A DNA stretch of 64,000 bases from Octopus sinensis (lineage: Eukaryota): assembly GCF_006345805.1 (NCBI RefSeq), contig NC_043011.1, positions 32,872,464-32,936,463 on the forward strand, given 5' to 3'. The notes below the pieces were generated by a model. That model did not search any database and had not been told where the DNA came from. It saw only the letters and a program-made list of their open reading frames with translations. Of this stretch, positions 11,249-26,800 are shown piece by piece; positions within the stretch are counted from its first letter, which is position 1, and each line of letters starts with the position of its first letter. Both the position numbers and the translations under genes were made by a program.

Positions 11249-12521
11249 TTATATACATATATATGAGAAAAAACTTTTGGATTCTATTTTCTGTAAAGAA
11301 TCTGTTGGTTTATAACTGGAGTCATCCCCGGTAGTAAATTAACTCAGCTAAATTGTCCTGGATAAATACCGTATCTTGCAAGTATTTTGTGCCGTCAAGC
11401 TCACCTAACCAATTCAAGATTGCTATAATGACAAAATGTCTCGGATGTAAACGGGCATTCTTTTCTAACTGAATTCAACATTTCTCACCTTGCATTATAC
11501 AAAACGAAGTCTCTAATGAAAAACCATGTTGTTGGTTGGATCATTGAAAAAAAAAAAATAATAATAATAATCTAAACGTTGGACAAAAATATTTATAAAA
11601 GAAAAAAAATGAAATTGCAAAGAACATTTCTACTTATTAAAGTTTTCAAAGGCATCGAAAAATATTGTCCAGAGTCAGTATATTAGCATATTCCTACAAA
11701 ATAGGAAAAAGTACGAAACATGGCAAAACAGAGGGAGGGGAAAATGCTACCAAACTGTGCCAACCAAAAATATATCTGTGCATATCTCTTATATGGAGGT
11801 CATTAATTTCTAATGTTTTGGTACAAAAAATGGTAAATCTCTTTAATGCTGAGTTATCCATGTCTGTTGTACGTGCTTTTTTTTTTTTTTAATTACATAG
11901 AAGGAATGCAATGCTGCAAATAGCATGAGAATGTCTGTGGCCTTTCTTACCTGACTGCTTCTCGTTAACTCTAAAGGAATGTGGTCAGCTGAGATTCTAC
12001 GCTGAAAAGATCTCAATATCAGCCAAAGATTGTTAAATTACTTAATGGCTTATTATTTACTAATTAACATCTTGAATAGATTTAGGTAATGAATTAGTTT
12101 TCCGCCATTCATCAGGATGGTTTTTCGCAAAATAGATCTATATCCTCTGACTCACTCTAAAATCACTGATCATCAATCATCAATCATCAATCATCAATCA
12201 TTTCATTCCTTGATTCTTCTGCCACACAGCATCCTATTTATAATTTCCTAGATAATGTGAAGCAACAACAATGGCAGCATTTCCCAAGTGACACTCATCA
12301 TCACCATCGTCATCATCATCATCATCATCATCATCAACCTTTTCATTACCTTATAGAAATCATTCAATTGTCACCTCATAAGAATATGCACTTTAACCAT
12401 TTTTTTTTTTTTACAAAGAAAAAGAAATGACAATAATATTCCTTTCTAATTTCTGTACTAATCTTGTTATATTCAGTCTTGTATTTTATCATCATCACCA
12501 TTATTATTATTATTATTATTA

Positions 12522-12740
12522 AGGCGGAGAGCTGGCAGAATCGTTAGTACGCTGGATGAAATGCTTAGCGGTATTTCGTCTGCCTTTACGTTCTGAGTTC
12601 AAATTCCGTCGAGGTCGACTTTGCCTTTCATCCTTTCAGGGCCGATGAAACAAGTACCAGTTACGCACTGGGGTCGATGTCATCGACTATCCCCCTACCC
12701 TAAATTTTCAGGTCTTGTGCCTACAATAGAAAGGATTATT
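12522..12740 (+). mobile_element. Young family A SINE
   Basis: AGGCGGAGAGCTGGCAGAATCGTTAG...GAGTTCAAATTCC...core...(ATT)n. Confidence 0.88.
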
Positions 12741-13570
12741 ACTATAATTATTATTATTATTATTATCATTATTATTTTCTTTCAAAAGAAAAAAAAAACA
12801 CCAAAGCAAATACTCAACTCATGATCACTCTTCATCGTCATGTGAACCACTGTTCCAATTTCCGATATGTCACTTGCTCTACCCCCAGCTGAAAAAGATG
12901 CTACTTCACCGATGCATACCGAATAGAATCTTCAAGCTGAACAGTCATCATACATTCATCCTGGAAACTCTGAATTCTGCATCCAAGTTGCCATGGATTT
13001 TACTTCCAAAACATCATGAATTTCTCATCCAAACACCATTTAGTCTCATCCATTATATTTTGTTCATGACATATTATAGAAGAAAAAAATCCAGTCAAAA
13101 ATCATGTTTTTTTTTTATTTTTGGTGGGGGTTGTTTTTGATTTTTTTGCATTTATTTATATTTTTTTTGTTCAATTAAATCCTATTTATTATTTTTAATT
13201 TCTCTAAATCCAAATGCCAAACAATTCACCACAGTCAACTGTTCCTATTTTATTCACCGCACCAATTCTTTCACAGGGAAATTATCAACGAAATGTCTTG
13301 CATTTCGTTGGACTTGGATAATACTCTTTCCTTCTTTTTTTTCTTCCCGACCATTCTCTTTTTTCTCTTTCTGACCATTCTTTATTCCTTTACTCTTTCT
13401 CTTTCTCTCTCTCTCTCTCTCTCCTCTGTCTCTCTCAATATACATATACATGTGTGTGTATACATATACATACACATATATATATATATATATATATTAT
13501 ACACACACACTTATACATATATACATACATACATATGTGTGTATGTGTGTGTGTATGTATGGTGTATATA

Positions 13571-13621
<51 letters not shown>

Positions 13622-14767
13622 TATGTATATATGTATAAAATATACATGTAATAAAGATGGGTATATATAGAGATATATTTCTATGTATCCATCTGTGTTT
13701 CCTTCCATCCAATAATGTAGGTCAATGTTTTTTTGTTTTTTTTTAAGCTAACTGAAATTTTCTAAAGGTGCTATCAAAATAACCAAAGAAAAATTATAAG
13801 TACATACATGGTGACAATAATGTACAAGTTGTTTTCTTTTCCTTTTCTTTTCTTTTTTTTTTAAATAATCCAATAGGACCAAAAATTTATTTTTCAAGTT
13901 TAAGATATATTTATAACAAAGAAAATTTTAAAAAATCATTCATCTTACCTATATCCAAGAATATCAAATTCCTGTGATTGAATTTCATTCTAATACTACT
14001 GATCTTCATTCACAATTTCATCTTCATACTCTTTGCCATCATTATCAAATATTTAGATAATCTCTCATCATTCATCTAACAGCAAATACCTTAATTCTTA
14101 ACCTCAAATTAACTTCAAGCTTTAATACTCAAACATTTATTTCATAAACTCCTTTCTGATTCTGAATATACTAGTCCATTATTATCCAAGCAAATTTTAT
14201 GTAACTTAACTTGGTTAGATGGATAAACTTTTCTACCATATAATTCTTATCTAAGATTGTCTATCAGATTTAGTTGGTTTATATAAATCAATTGACTTTC
14301 ATTCATAGCAAAGCCATAAAGCCATGTAATTTTCCAATCTTTGCCGTATTTAAAACATCTTCATTATCTGCTTTCTGGTTAACATCCAGCCTTAAAAGTT
14401 TACCCACGCTGTTGTTCTATACAAGATATTTTAATGCATTGAGTAAAACTTACAAATTTTAATTTTTTAGTTTTCTTAGCTCCCCATCTTCCCTCTCATC
14501 AATCGTTACATCACCAAATCTTTACTCATCCATCCACTCATTTCTCTCTCTTTCTCTCACTCTTACTCAAACTCCCTCTATCATCCTCAATCTCCTTCTC
14601 CCTCTCACTCTTGGCTCTTCTACTACATTCTGCTTTTTTTCTTTCCTGAAGTAAAGAAAATGCAATCATTTTTCATATTTTTATTTTCGTTTTTTTTTTT
14701 TATTTCCCCGCCACCACCACCACCACCACCACCACCACTGTTTTGTCTTTTCATTGAAGATGTTTGC

Positions 14768-14949
14768 ATGAATGTGCCAAACTACCACATTACTATATAG
14801 AGGCTACATGTGGTAATGTGCCTAAAAATGCCACACTATCATATCGAGGATCTATATGGTAATGTGTCAAAAATCTGCCACACTACTTTAAATTAAAGCT
14901 ATAGGTATGGTGATGTACTTAAAAACTGCCACATTGCCATATTAAAAGC

Positions 14950-14990
<41 letters not shown>

Positions 14991-15225
14991 ATATATATGT
15001 ATATACATACATATATATATATGTATGTGGTATTATGCCCAAACATTCATATTGCCATATTGAAGCTATTACACATGGTATTGTACCAAACTTCCATGTT
15101 TACTATATTGGAACTGTATGTGGTAATGTGCCAAAATGAAACTTGTCACATTACGGCCATATTGGAAGCCTATAACATGGTCATGTTCCAACTTACTACA
15201 TTACCATAATGAAGCTGTATGCAGT
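14768..15225 (+). repeat. Degenerate tandem array of ~8 units (45-57 nt), each a stem-loop
   Basis: Consensus by eye ATATGGTAATGTG-CCAAAAACTGC-CACATTACCATAT-TGAAGCT, whose 13-nt arms are reverse complements. A TA microsatellite interrupts it at ~14952-15025. Confidence 0.85.
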
Positions 15226-18013
15226 ATATATCATTTCTTTATATGGAAAAAAAAAAAAAAGGTTGTATAAGACATGCTTATTGTTCAATTTAAATTCCGA
15301 TCTAGTCATCTACTTAAAGATTTCTCCCTGTTTTCGATGGTTGTGAAAAATACTTTTGCTTCTTTTTTCGATTTTTTTTTTTCCCTTTTATTATTTGACA
15401 AACATTTCCATGCATATATATTTTTTTCTCTTTTAATTTACATTTGTTCACTTTTTAGAGTGAAAAAAAAATTCTATGTTATGTGTAGCATATTTGTGCA
15501 TTTGTGTCTGTGTGTCTGTCTGTCTAAGCTTTTTGTTTCCATTAAACTTAATTAGTAATCTCTCATTGTTGGCTGATCCTAAACATTCGGTTTCTTTTTT
15601 TTTTTCTTTTTTTTTTTTTGGTTTATTATCTTCTTTTTTTTTTCTTTCTGAGTACCAGATATATTAAGTTTATCATTATTACTTCATTCTTACTGTTATA
15701 CAAGGAAATACTCTCACATTCCACTACATTGGCACTACTTGCTTCATGGTCTTCACTCGTATCTTATAGTGCCCTGTATGCAACAATCTTGTTAAATGGA
15801 GCATTTGCCTTAAATATACTTTATTTCAATTCACATAAATATTTCTTAAGTATCTTGAGAGCATTAAAGATTCCAATGTTCTTCTAAAAATGCAACCATT
15901 CCAAGAATATTTGATACATTTTACTTTTCATGTGTGTAGATTTAAGCAGATTAATATAGATTTTAATCCAGATCAGTATTCTTTTCATTTTTGAAAATTT
16001 TTTGTATTTAAATTACAATCAGGAAGGTTTTTTATTCATTTTTTTTTAGGGGTGTTTTTTGCAACTGAGAGGATTTTCAAATATTTATTAAAATTATTCA
16101 CCATTGAAAATTGCACTAGATACTCATTAGAATTTTGAAAAACATAGTGATAGACCGGTGACAATAAAATCAAATCATTAAGAAATAATCACTTTTTTTT
16201 TTCTTTCAGTTTAATATTCATTCTAAAAGTACCAAAGCTTAAATCACTGATATCATCTATCTTAAGAGATTTCCACAATGTGTTTGTAATTAATTCAAAT
16301 ATATATATATATTTTTCCCTCTTTGACTTGGAATACATTTACAATTGTTTTACAATCAAATGTCAGGTGTATTCTTGCAATATTTTAAATTTTCAATCAT
16401 CTTTTTTTTATATTTAACTTACCTCATTAATTATTTATTTCACTGTAGCAACTTGAACAGAAATTCTGTCGCAAATAATATCTATCATTTCAATTGATTA
16501 ATTAATTAATTAAGTTAGTGTTAAATCATTCATATGCACTTACGAAACATTGTTAAGGATCTAGATAAATAGATAATGCTATATGTGCTCTTTATTTCCT
16601 TAAACTATACAAATTTATTGCTTCATTTTCACGAAACCAAATTACAAATTTCTTTCGAGTTAGCTCTTAGAAATGAAATTAAGCCACTTGTTTTCCAAAA
16701 CTATTTCCATTCTGATCATTTATTTCATTGAATCATTCTACTACATTAATCTTGTACTTTTCCTTCGTTGCCAGTACTTGCCTGTGTTGTGAAATATTTT
16801 ATGAACACTTTACTTGTCACTCTTTCTGCTTATATTTAGTTACCAAGTCTCACTGCTGATTTGCTTCTGTTGGCAAAGCTGTCTATAACACCAAGTTAAT
16901 TATATTAGATTAAGAGCTAAAAAAAAATAATAACTGCTATGCAAGTAATAGCAATGAAACAAAAAAATTCTGTTAAATAATGCTTTATTAAATAGATTTA
17001 ATAACAAATAAGACTTGTGACTGATACCAAATTTAATTAAAATAGTTAAATTCTGAAGGTAAATGTGGAATATTTTTCTTTGGTTCTCATATGTCATTTG
17101 TTTTGTTCTTTAGTCCTAAATAATAATAATTTAATCGTTTTTCATTCATATACTCCTTATATAATCCTATTTTCCTAATATAGTTTTGTATAAGATATTC
17201 ATTTCTTTTCACTTTTTAAACATTTTAATTTTTATTTATCTATTTGTTTAATTATGTTTTTGTTTCTTTGGTCCATGTAGCCTTCATATAATTCTATTTT
17301 TCGCATTTAGCCATCCAATAATCCAGTTCTGAAAAATTGATAATTTTTTAGCATTCATTTAAAAGCTTGTGGAGCTTAAAGAGAGATGTTGTCAGAGAAA
17401 GGAAACAAGAAAGAAAAAACAACAGATTAAATTGCTAATGACAGTAATTTTGGTACAAAGTTTGGATAAGATTTTTCTAAATAGAACTTCATTTTAATAC
17501 TTGAACTTTTTTAAACAATGGAATTAAACTGGGAAAAAATCTGTTAATCTTGTAGCTTAAATACATTAATCTTCTCTTTCCTAGCATCTACAGTCTATTA
17601 AAATATATGTGCTTTAAAAGTATTATTGTCACTCAACACAAAAGGAGCCATACAGTTGCAAATTTTTGTTACATGCAGTAGAACTGAACATTTTGTTTTT
17701 GCTGTTACACTGATCTAAATGTCTTTTATTTTTATCATTAGCAAGTGACATCATTCTTCTGTTAGATTAATTAGGTGAATTCATTTGAATAAGTTTTGTG
17801 TGTGAAGTATGAAACATCAGTTTAAAGTATCTAAATATCCAGTTAATAAAAATAGTTTATTTTCTTCCTCTTCTCTTTGATATGTTCCGGCATTCAATTA
17901 TCACAAATAGATAAATACCTTTACATTTACACATTTAGACATCTGTGTGTGTGTGTGTCTGTGCATGAGTATATATACTTTATATATGTGCATATATTTA
18001 CTTGTAGGTATGT

Positions 18014-18058
<45 letters not shown>

Positions 18059-21000
18059 ATATAATATATATATATGTGTGTGTGTGTAGGTATGTATGTA
18101 TATATACACCCACACGTGTGTGTATTGTGTGTGCTTGCATGGATTAGTGTATGTAAAAGTTTGTTTTATAACACTACAATAACAGGTAAAGCATCTACCT
18201 AGCTGGACATTTAATCTTGTGACAGTAATTCCTCGTTTATGCTACACCGCAAGGACATTAGGCTTATGTTTGAAAATTCGCCAATTGCAATTGAATTATT
18301 TCTTTCTAACTATTAACATTTCAAATCTGGTGCTATCACATATTTCATTATAATATTCATCTTTCTAAAGAGACAATAGTCTTCCTTAAAAAAAAAAAAA
18401 GAATTCTTCAGCAATTTATTCTTAAATAATTTTATTAACCCATCTAGAGAAAGAAAGATAAAACCTCACATACACACACAAATACGCACACATACACACT
18501 CATACACACATATATACAGATATATTTCATACATTCATACACTCACAGCAAAGCTTCTAATGACTCTCTCATGACAGAATTACCTCAGTCAGCTATTATG
18601 AGTTGTTGTTTCCATGAAGTATTTATATGTTTCACAGATAATATTTTCGTTGTGTCAATTTGGCCCTGATGGTTAAAATTTTACTTTTCTCACTGATGGA
18701 GTTGGTTGACTTGATCTGAAATGCTGAAGGTTTACTGTAGTTTCCAAATGTTTGTGCCAAGCCCTGAGATAAGAGCCAGGAAGTTGTTGAAAAAAAAAAA
18801 CAAAAAAAAAAACCCCACTTTGCTAAAGTCTGGTTCTGGTCACTAGCCAAAATGTTACAACTCACAACGAGGCCTTCTTCAAGAGAATAGACTCGTCTTA
18901 TTTCTTGAGTGAAGATGTGAAAAGAAATTCTCTTACGCCATTGATTATAATATTCTTTCTATTTATCATTACTATGTCTTCCACATTTTTTTTCCTTCTA
19001 AATAATAAAAAGAAAAAAATATCAGATTTGTAAATTTGAATTTTTGGCAGCAATTTTGTTAACATTTAGCAGAAGAAAATGTCAATTAAAAAAAAAAAAA
19101 AAAACATAAAAGAAAAAGGGTTAATCCTGTTAGAATTATTTCATTCTTTAGTTAGAATTATTCCATTCTTTAGTTTTAACTGCTATTTCTTTGTTGTATA
19201 TCCTGTTATTATTTATTTCTTCACAATAGGACTAGATTAATCTTCAACTTGTATTTTAACTCCTAAAAGGACATTCAACCTTTATTTTCATTATTTTTCT
19301 TTTAAACATACACATACATGCACACACATACATACATTCAAACAAATACACACACACACAAACACATATCCTCTCTCTTACATATACACATATCACACAC
19401 ACACACACACAATTCTCTCTCTTTCTCTTTTTATTTCTTGGCATTTTTAAGATGGTTTGTTTGAAATCTATTGAAATTAACAAAATATTTTAGTGTCGTC
19501 TTTCATTTTATAAATGACGCATATGTTAGAACAAATATTCTTTGGAAAAACACTTAAATCGATCCCTAGTTTCAGTCCTGTATTATAATATGATTTGGAC
19601 ATTAGTGGAATATATAACATAAATCTATTTTCTGGAGTAATTAACCCATGAGATAAAATCTTGATAAATCTCAATAGTTGAAGTAATTAGTTCTAGCTTT
19701 TGTATTAGTCTCTGTCACAGGATACTGGCTATCATTCTCCTGTAATTTCTCATGAACAGTTGAAACTAATCTCAATGTACAAAAACATGCAATATTTTTT
19801 ACATGTTATTGTATAGTCTATTATTATTATTATTATTATCATTATTATTATTAATATCATTGGATATAGTTAGATAATGCTTCTTCTTTGCTGTCATTTC
19901 AATTATTGTTGTTGCCATGGTGATGAAAATGTGATCGGCACATTCTCTATGTCTTCTTGAATATATCTATCTCTCTGTTGTTGTTGTTGTTGTTGTTACC
20001 TTTTATGAAATGAAATGTGTACAGAAAAGTTTTTGAAATGTAAAACAAAAAAAAAAGATAAAATGAAAAGAAAAAAGGTTAAAAACAAACAACAACAAAT
20101 GAATAAACGCTTTCCTTTCTATTTTGAATCATGATTTTAAAATTGACATTTTAACCAAAGATAAATAAAAAAAATCATTTGAGGAAGGTAAAATAATACA
20201 TTTTATAAAACTTACAATGTATTAATTAATTAATTAATTAATGTGAGGGAATTTTTTCCTCGTTTTGAACTGTATGCTGCTTTCTGCTGTAACTTTCTTT
20301 TAGTTTTTTTTTTGGTTCTTTTCCTTCACCCTTTTTTTCAAATGATGAGCAGTTTTGAATGGAACAGCTTATTCCATTCTCTAAACATTATTATTATCAT
20401 TATCAACATTATCATTATTATTTGTATTTTTATTTTGAACTATTTCGAATCCCACAAGAGTCAATGAAATTAGTACCAATCAAGAAGTATGGACGAATTA
20501 ATTGGTTGTACTCTTCTCACAAAATATTTTGTGGCATTGTGCCTAAAATAGAAATAATTATCAATCTATTTGTTTATTTATTAATTCATTATTAACCTAT
20601 CATTTCAGCTTGTTTTGCTTTATTATATTTTTGTTCTCCTCCCCCGAATCTTTATCATCTTCATTGTTGTTTCCTTAAATATATTTCTCATGTCATTTGG
20701 CATATTTCTCAGACTTCTCTTTTTAACTGCTGTTTTTATTGAGTCCAGCAATTTGTATTACACATCGTTTACACATTAACTAACAACAACTATGAAGATA
20801 TATATATAACTGGTAATAGGTACGATGATGGTGATGGTTATAATTTTACTCTAGTGAGAATGTAGTTTACAATCTGTTACGATACTAGAACGATCTGTTG
20901 CTTCTTGATTTCTATTTTTTATTTCATTAAATAATTTTATTTTTAGTAATTCTGATAAAGAATATGATCTCAAGAATTCACTTAATACTTAGTGTAGGAA

Positions 21001-21077
21001 ATTCGAGGAAAGTTTTGAGATTTTGTTTCTTTCATTGAAAAGTAGAGCATTTCATTGTGTGTGTGTGTATATATATA

Positions 21078-21110
<33 letters not shown>

Positions 21111-21117
21111 AATATAT

Positions 21118-21184
<67 letters not shown>

Positions 21185-21447
21185 TATATATACATACATA
21201 TATATATATATCGTTTACATACAAACACACCACAAATATATATATATTTCCTTCCATAACAACAACCACAGGTTAATAATCGGACTGTTACCTAACACTC
21301 TGTTGAACCCCTAGTGTGAAATTGATTGGTAAAATTGGCCATAATGGATATATAATACTGTATACTTTGATTAATATATATATATATTTATATATTTATG
21401 TGTGTGTGTGTATATATATGTGTGTGTGTGTGTATATGTATGTATAT

Positions 21448-21615
21448 GATGGGTTTCTCTCAGCTTGCATCTATCAAATCCAATCTCAAGGCTTTGGTTA
21501 TCCTAGGGCAATAGCAGAAGAGATTTGCCCAAGGTGCCAAGTAGTGGGACTAAACTTAAAACCATATCATTGAGAAGTAATGAACTTCTTAATCATGCAG
21601 CTGCTCTTGAGCCTA
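21448..21615 (-). mobile_element. 5' half of a family B (CORE-like) SINE, diverged
   Basis: CAAGGCTTTGGT...GCCCAAGGTGCCA...GTGGGACTAAAC, the reverse complement of the family B head. Confidence 0.7.
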
Positions 21616-21645
21616 TTGTGTACATATAAATGCATGCAAATACAT

Positions 21646-21698
<53 letters not shown>

Positions 21699-21844
21699 TA
21701 TATATATATATCTGCAGTTCAAAAGCATCAGCACAGTAACTACTTAATGCGAATTACTTCCCTTGATATTTGCAACACTCATTTGAATATGCTTAGTTTT
21801 TATAAAACATTTATTTATTCTTTCCTCTTTTCTCTGTAACTTGG

Positions 21845-21884
<40 letters not shown>

Positions 21885-22006
21885 TCATCAGCATTATTTT
21901 AGTACAGATCCATAAGTATCACTTTTAGCTATAATAAACTGGTAGTTTCAACAAATGAATTATAGCTTGATTAAGTTAATTTTTACTCTGGTAATAGTAA
22001 TCTCAC

Positions 22007-22043
<37 letters not shown>

Positions 22044-22314
22044 GATTTGTACTAAGTTACTAAAGTTGTATTTATATACAAATATGAATGCAGTATTTAT
22101 GCTGTGTCATAGTAGTACCATTTTTTAACCATTTTTTTTGTCTCTTTAGAAGCAGTATTACATTAATTCAAAAATTAATTATTTATTTTTGTTCATAAAC
22201 TGAGTGGAAGATTTTGTTTGTAGATGTGTGTTTGTTTATACTAAAACTCACTTTATATGGTTGCAATGTGTTTATGTACACACATTTACTTCATATACAT
22301 ACATATATATATAA

Positions 22315-22375
<61 letters not shown>

Positions 22376-22392
22376 TATTATACATATATATA

Positions 22393-22448
<56 letters not shown>

Positions 22449-22558
22449 TATATATATAAATATGTGTGTATATATATGTGTGTATATATATGTGTGTATA
22501 TATATATATTATGCTTATATATGTATGTATATCTATATATATATATATATATATTATG

Positions 22559-22598
<40 letters not shown>

Positions 22599-24361
22599 TA
22601 TGTATGTATATAAGAATGTGTATATGTATTTTGCATGTGTGTGTTTCACATGTATGTGGATATCTGTGTGTGCATTATATGTTTGTATAAATGTGTACAC
22701 ATACACAATCATGCCATACAAACACGTACACACACACACATGCATATGCACACTACTCACATAGACGCACACACACACCACACACACTAGAAAAGCATGT
22801 ATACACACACACACACACACACACACATGAACAAAAGAATTCAATATTGAATCCATGTCATCTACTACACATTGAATGAATGCCTATTAAAATATTACAC
22901 ATGTGAGATGTACTAAGACTTCTTTGTAAATCCATTGATGTCCGCTATATTTTTCAATGTTTCATGGATTGATTTATATTGTCTGAGAACTGCCAATTGT
23001 GCCTTGTTTCTATTATCACTTATCAACTAATTCCTCTCCTCTCATTACAATACTAATTATTGATGTAATATAGTCATCATGCAAAACCTTATGTTGGTAT
23101 TGTTTCAAGGTTGTTTTTTTCTTAAACCTCCCCACACATTTCATTTAATTTATTTCTATAATTCTTATCAATTCACTTTTCTTCTTCCTTTTTGTCTTTT
23201 TTCACTCTTGGTCTTTTCTTTTTTTTTTCCCCTGCTCCATTTCGTCTTTCTTGCTGTCACAACTAATTTCATTGTTTGTTTGTTTTTAATTTAGTTTTTT
23301 TTTTTTTTCCTGATATTATTGTAATCCGCTGTTGCTATTGTTAGTTGTCCTAGACTATTTCTTGTTGTAAACATGTGACTATTTTTCTTACTTATCTGTT
23401 TGTCATGGTTGTGATTTTTTCCCATTGACACCTCATAGGCGTAGAGGTGACATGGGCAAAACTAGTTGCAGTCTTCTCTCCCCCCTCTCTCTCTCCCTCT
23501 CTCTCTTTCTCTATTTCTTTCATGTCAGCATTGTCTAGTCAGTACAGAAGCATTTGACTAAAGGTTCACATTAATCACTCTCCAAAGTTAATCATTAGCC
23601 AAGAAAAGGTTCCATTTAAGCTTTAAAAACTTTTGGTTGATTATAATAAGAATTACTGTTCATAAAAATCAGGAAAAAATAAACCCCAAAAATACTACTA
23701 ATACTACTAATACTACTGCTAATAATAATGATAATAATAATAATAATAATAATAATAATATGAAACAAACTAGGGTTATGCTGATTTACTTCTAGGCATT
23801 CATTAATCCAAAGGTGGCGGCGAGTGCTAAGGGACACCTTTTCTTTTTTTCAACATATGTCACTTTAATCATACCAACACAATTTATTTTTGATGATTTT
23901 TTTTTTCCTTCTAGTTGGGGTTTGGGGGTCATGTTCCAAATTAATTAGAAGCTATCAAATCATTCTTTTGAAAGTTCCACCTAGCGTTTTACTAAAACTG
24001 AAAAAACACTTCAAAATTTTTAAAGGTTAAAATAATAACAATAGGCATTAATACATCTTGTAGACATTTCTGTTTTGTTTATCAAAATTTTTTTTATTCC
24101 TTTTCCTTTTTTTTTATTTCTATCTATTTATTTATTTGTTTAAAAAAAAAACTTAGTGTTACAGTAAGACTTCTGCTAGATGGTCTCCCTTGATTTATTG
24201 CTGATTTCTCTCTCACCGTCCACTTTCAGCATTGTTGTCTGATAGCTATCAATAACTTGTTCCTTTACTGTCACAGTTGCATACAAATATTGTCTAGGAA
24301 TTATTACAATATATTTATATATATATAACAATATATATATTCATATGTATATATATATGTA

Positions 24362-24424
<63 letters not shown>

Positions 24425-26455
24425 GGTATATATATATATATATATATATATACATGCATATATTTTTTTCATCTGTATTTGTTGTCTCTACTTTGCATGA
24501 AAGCCATTTCAAAAAATAATCTCAAAAAGATATATACATATACATATATAAATTCAATGTTGGTATATATTTCTTTCTATGTATCATTAGTGTCTTCATG
24601 TGAATCAAATATTGAAAGAATATCATCTTCATAGAGTTGATAGAAAGATTTTTCTTTTTCTCTTTTTTTTTTTCATTTTCTTTTTGTCATTAATTTTTCC
24701 CCCCATCCTTTTACCCACTGGCCATGAAAATATTGATGCAGACAAATTTCTTAGGAATTGAGTTAACTTTCATTGATATATTTTCAATTCTGTTCTCTTT
24801 TGAATTATATTCTGGCAAATTTTATGAAACCCTCAATTTGGATTTTGAGCATGCAAAAATTTGGTAAATCTCTGTCTAAAACCATTTATTCTCTTAATTA
24901 ATATCTCTTTGTGGCATCATTTCGTTTCCCCTGTGAGAAAAATATATTTGTGAACAATCTGGTGCCTCAACTTGATACTTAAAGAGAAACAAAGCAGAGA
25001 CTGTTGGGATACAAGCTGTACTCTATTCTAAACTACCTCAAGTCCTAACAATACAAAAAACCCCAAAAAACAAAGGTCAACATAAGCACTGATGATTGAC
25101 TGTCTTTCACATATCAGTAGGTTCTAAATTACGGTTTTGTTTCACCTTTATATATATATACATATATATATAATTTGATATTTTTATTTATATTTCTTAC
25201 TGTAGAAAAATAGGAATTCTTGTTATTTTATCATCTTCAAATATATACCTCTTACTATGATTTGCATTCAGTGTCAAAGCAATGTAAATTTCTGCTGCTT
25301 GTTCAAACCACATTGAGGGTTTTCTATTAAATTCTGACTTTTGTTACCCAAAAAAAAATGAAAAAAATACAAATTTGTTTTGTTTTGTTTGGGGGTTATT
25401 TTTTATTCCACTGAGGTCTCTGGTTTAGTCACTGTTGACAAATTGGAAAGGTTTTGTGTATTATTATTATTATTATTTAAAATTTTTTTTTTTTTATTCT
25501 AATTATATCAGTTCTCCTCTAAAAGATTGTCATCAAAGCCTTTTAAGAATACATCTATTGATTAAGATAAACTAGCTGAGAAACTTATATTAAGCATATA
25601 TCACAGAAAGACGATTTTGAATTAGAGTTTAAATTTCTCTGCCCTACCAGTGTGATAAAAAAAACAAAAAAACTACAGCTTCCAAACACTGAGTTATCTT
25701 GTGATCTTAACATAATCCTCTCCGTGGTCTACTGTTAGGTACTGTTTACTAATTGTTTGTATAATATTCTCTATGTTGGTAGTAAACTGAGTTTGCGTAG
25801 CAGTGGAGCACTGACAGGATCCCACTCCCCCCACCCCCACCCTATGACACCAACACCAACCAATACCACCAAGCACTATCTGTTGTATAGAACTATGTAA
25901 AAAGAAGAAAAGAAAGAAGAAAAAAAATAAATAAAAACCGAAAGACCTGGTATCATGGCATCTTTTTTTTCATTCTCTGTTTTTACAACTTCTTACTTAT
26001 TTAGTATGAGAAAAATCAAGAGTCTGAAATCCTTATTCTTTCTCCTTATCGCAAGTCTATAGTTTCGACATGGTGTATCAGTGAAATGTTGAACCTATTG
26101 CCTTACTGCTGTACAGGGCATAACTTGGACCGGTGAGCGGCCATGGTCTCGGCCGGAAACATTGTTTGAGGCCAGCACAAAAAAAAAAGTTTTTAAAAAG
26201 GAGTCATGGACACAAAATAGCACAAGAGAAACTTTTTAAGGGACTAAATACATTTATTCCTTCTAATTTTTTTTTCTTTTATTATTATTCAAACATTGAC
26301 AGTCAGTCGAACTATCATTTTATTTAAGTAGAATGTTAATTATAAAATCTATATTTTTTTTTTTAAAAAAACCAAATTAAGAAGCAGTGGAAAAAGTAAT
26401 CCTGTCTGTATTGAAAGCAAGTAAAGAACTCTAATAATGTCTAGATTTTTTTAAC

Positions 26456-26492
<37 letters not shown>

Positions 26493-26723
26493 ATATATAT
26501 TATATATATATATATATATATACCTATATATTTTTCGTTCATTCTTATTGTATTGTCATAGGGTAACCTTCATGATGTATTTGTTAATGTCAAGGGGAGA
26601 CAATCATCTATATTTTTTCCCATACACATTACACACACATATACATGCATATATATAGTCACATACGTGCACATACACACACATCTACACAAAAGGTACT
26701 CATGTATGTGTTGTGTGTTTGTG

Positions 26724-26800
<77 letters not shown>

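Noticed and set aside
14768-15225. CRISPR-like appearance of the palindromic repeat array
   Set aside because: There are no unique spacers, the units are degenerate along their whole length, the context is eukaryotic and no cas genes are present.
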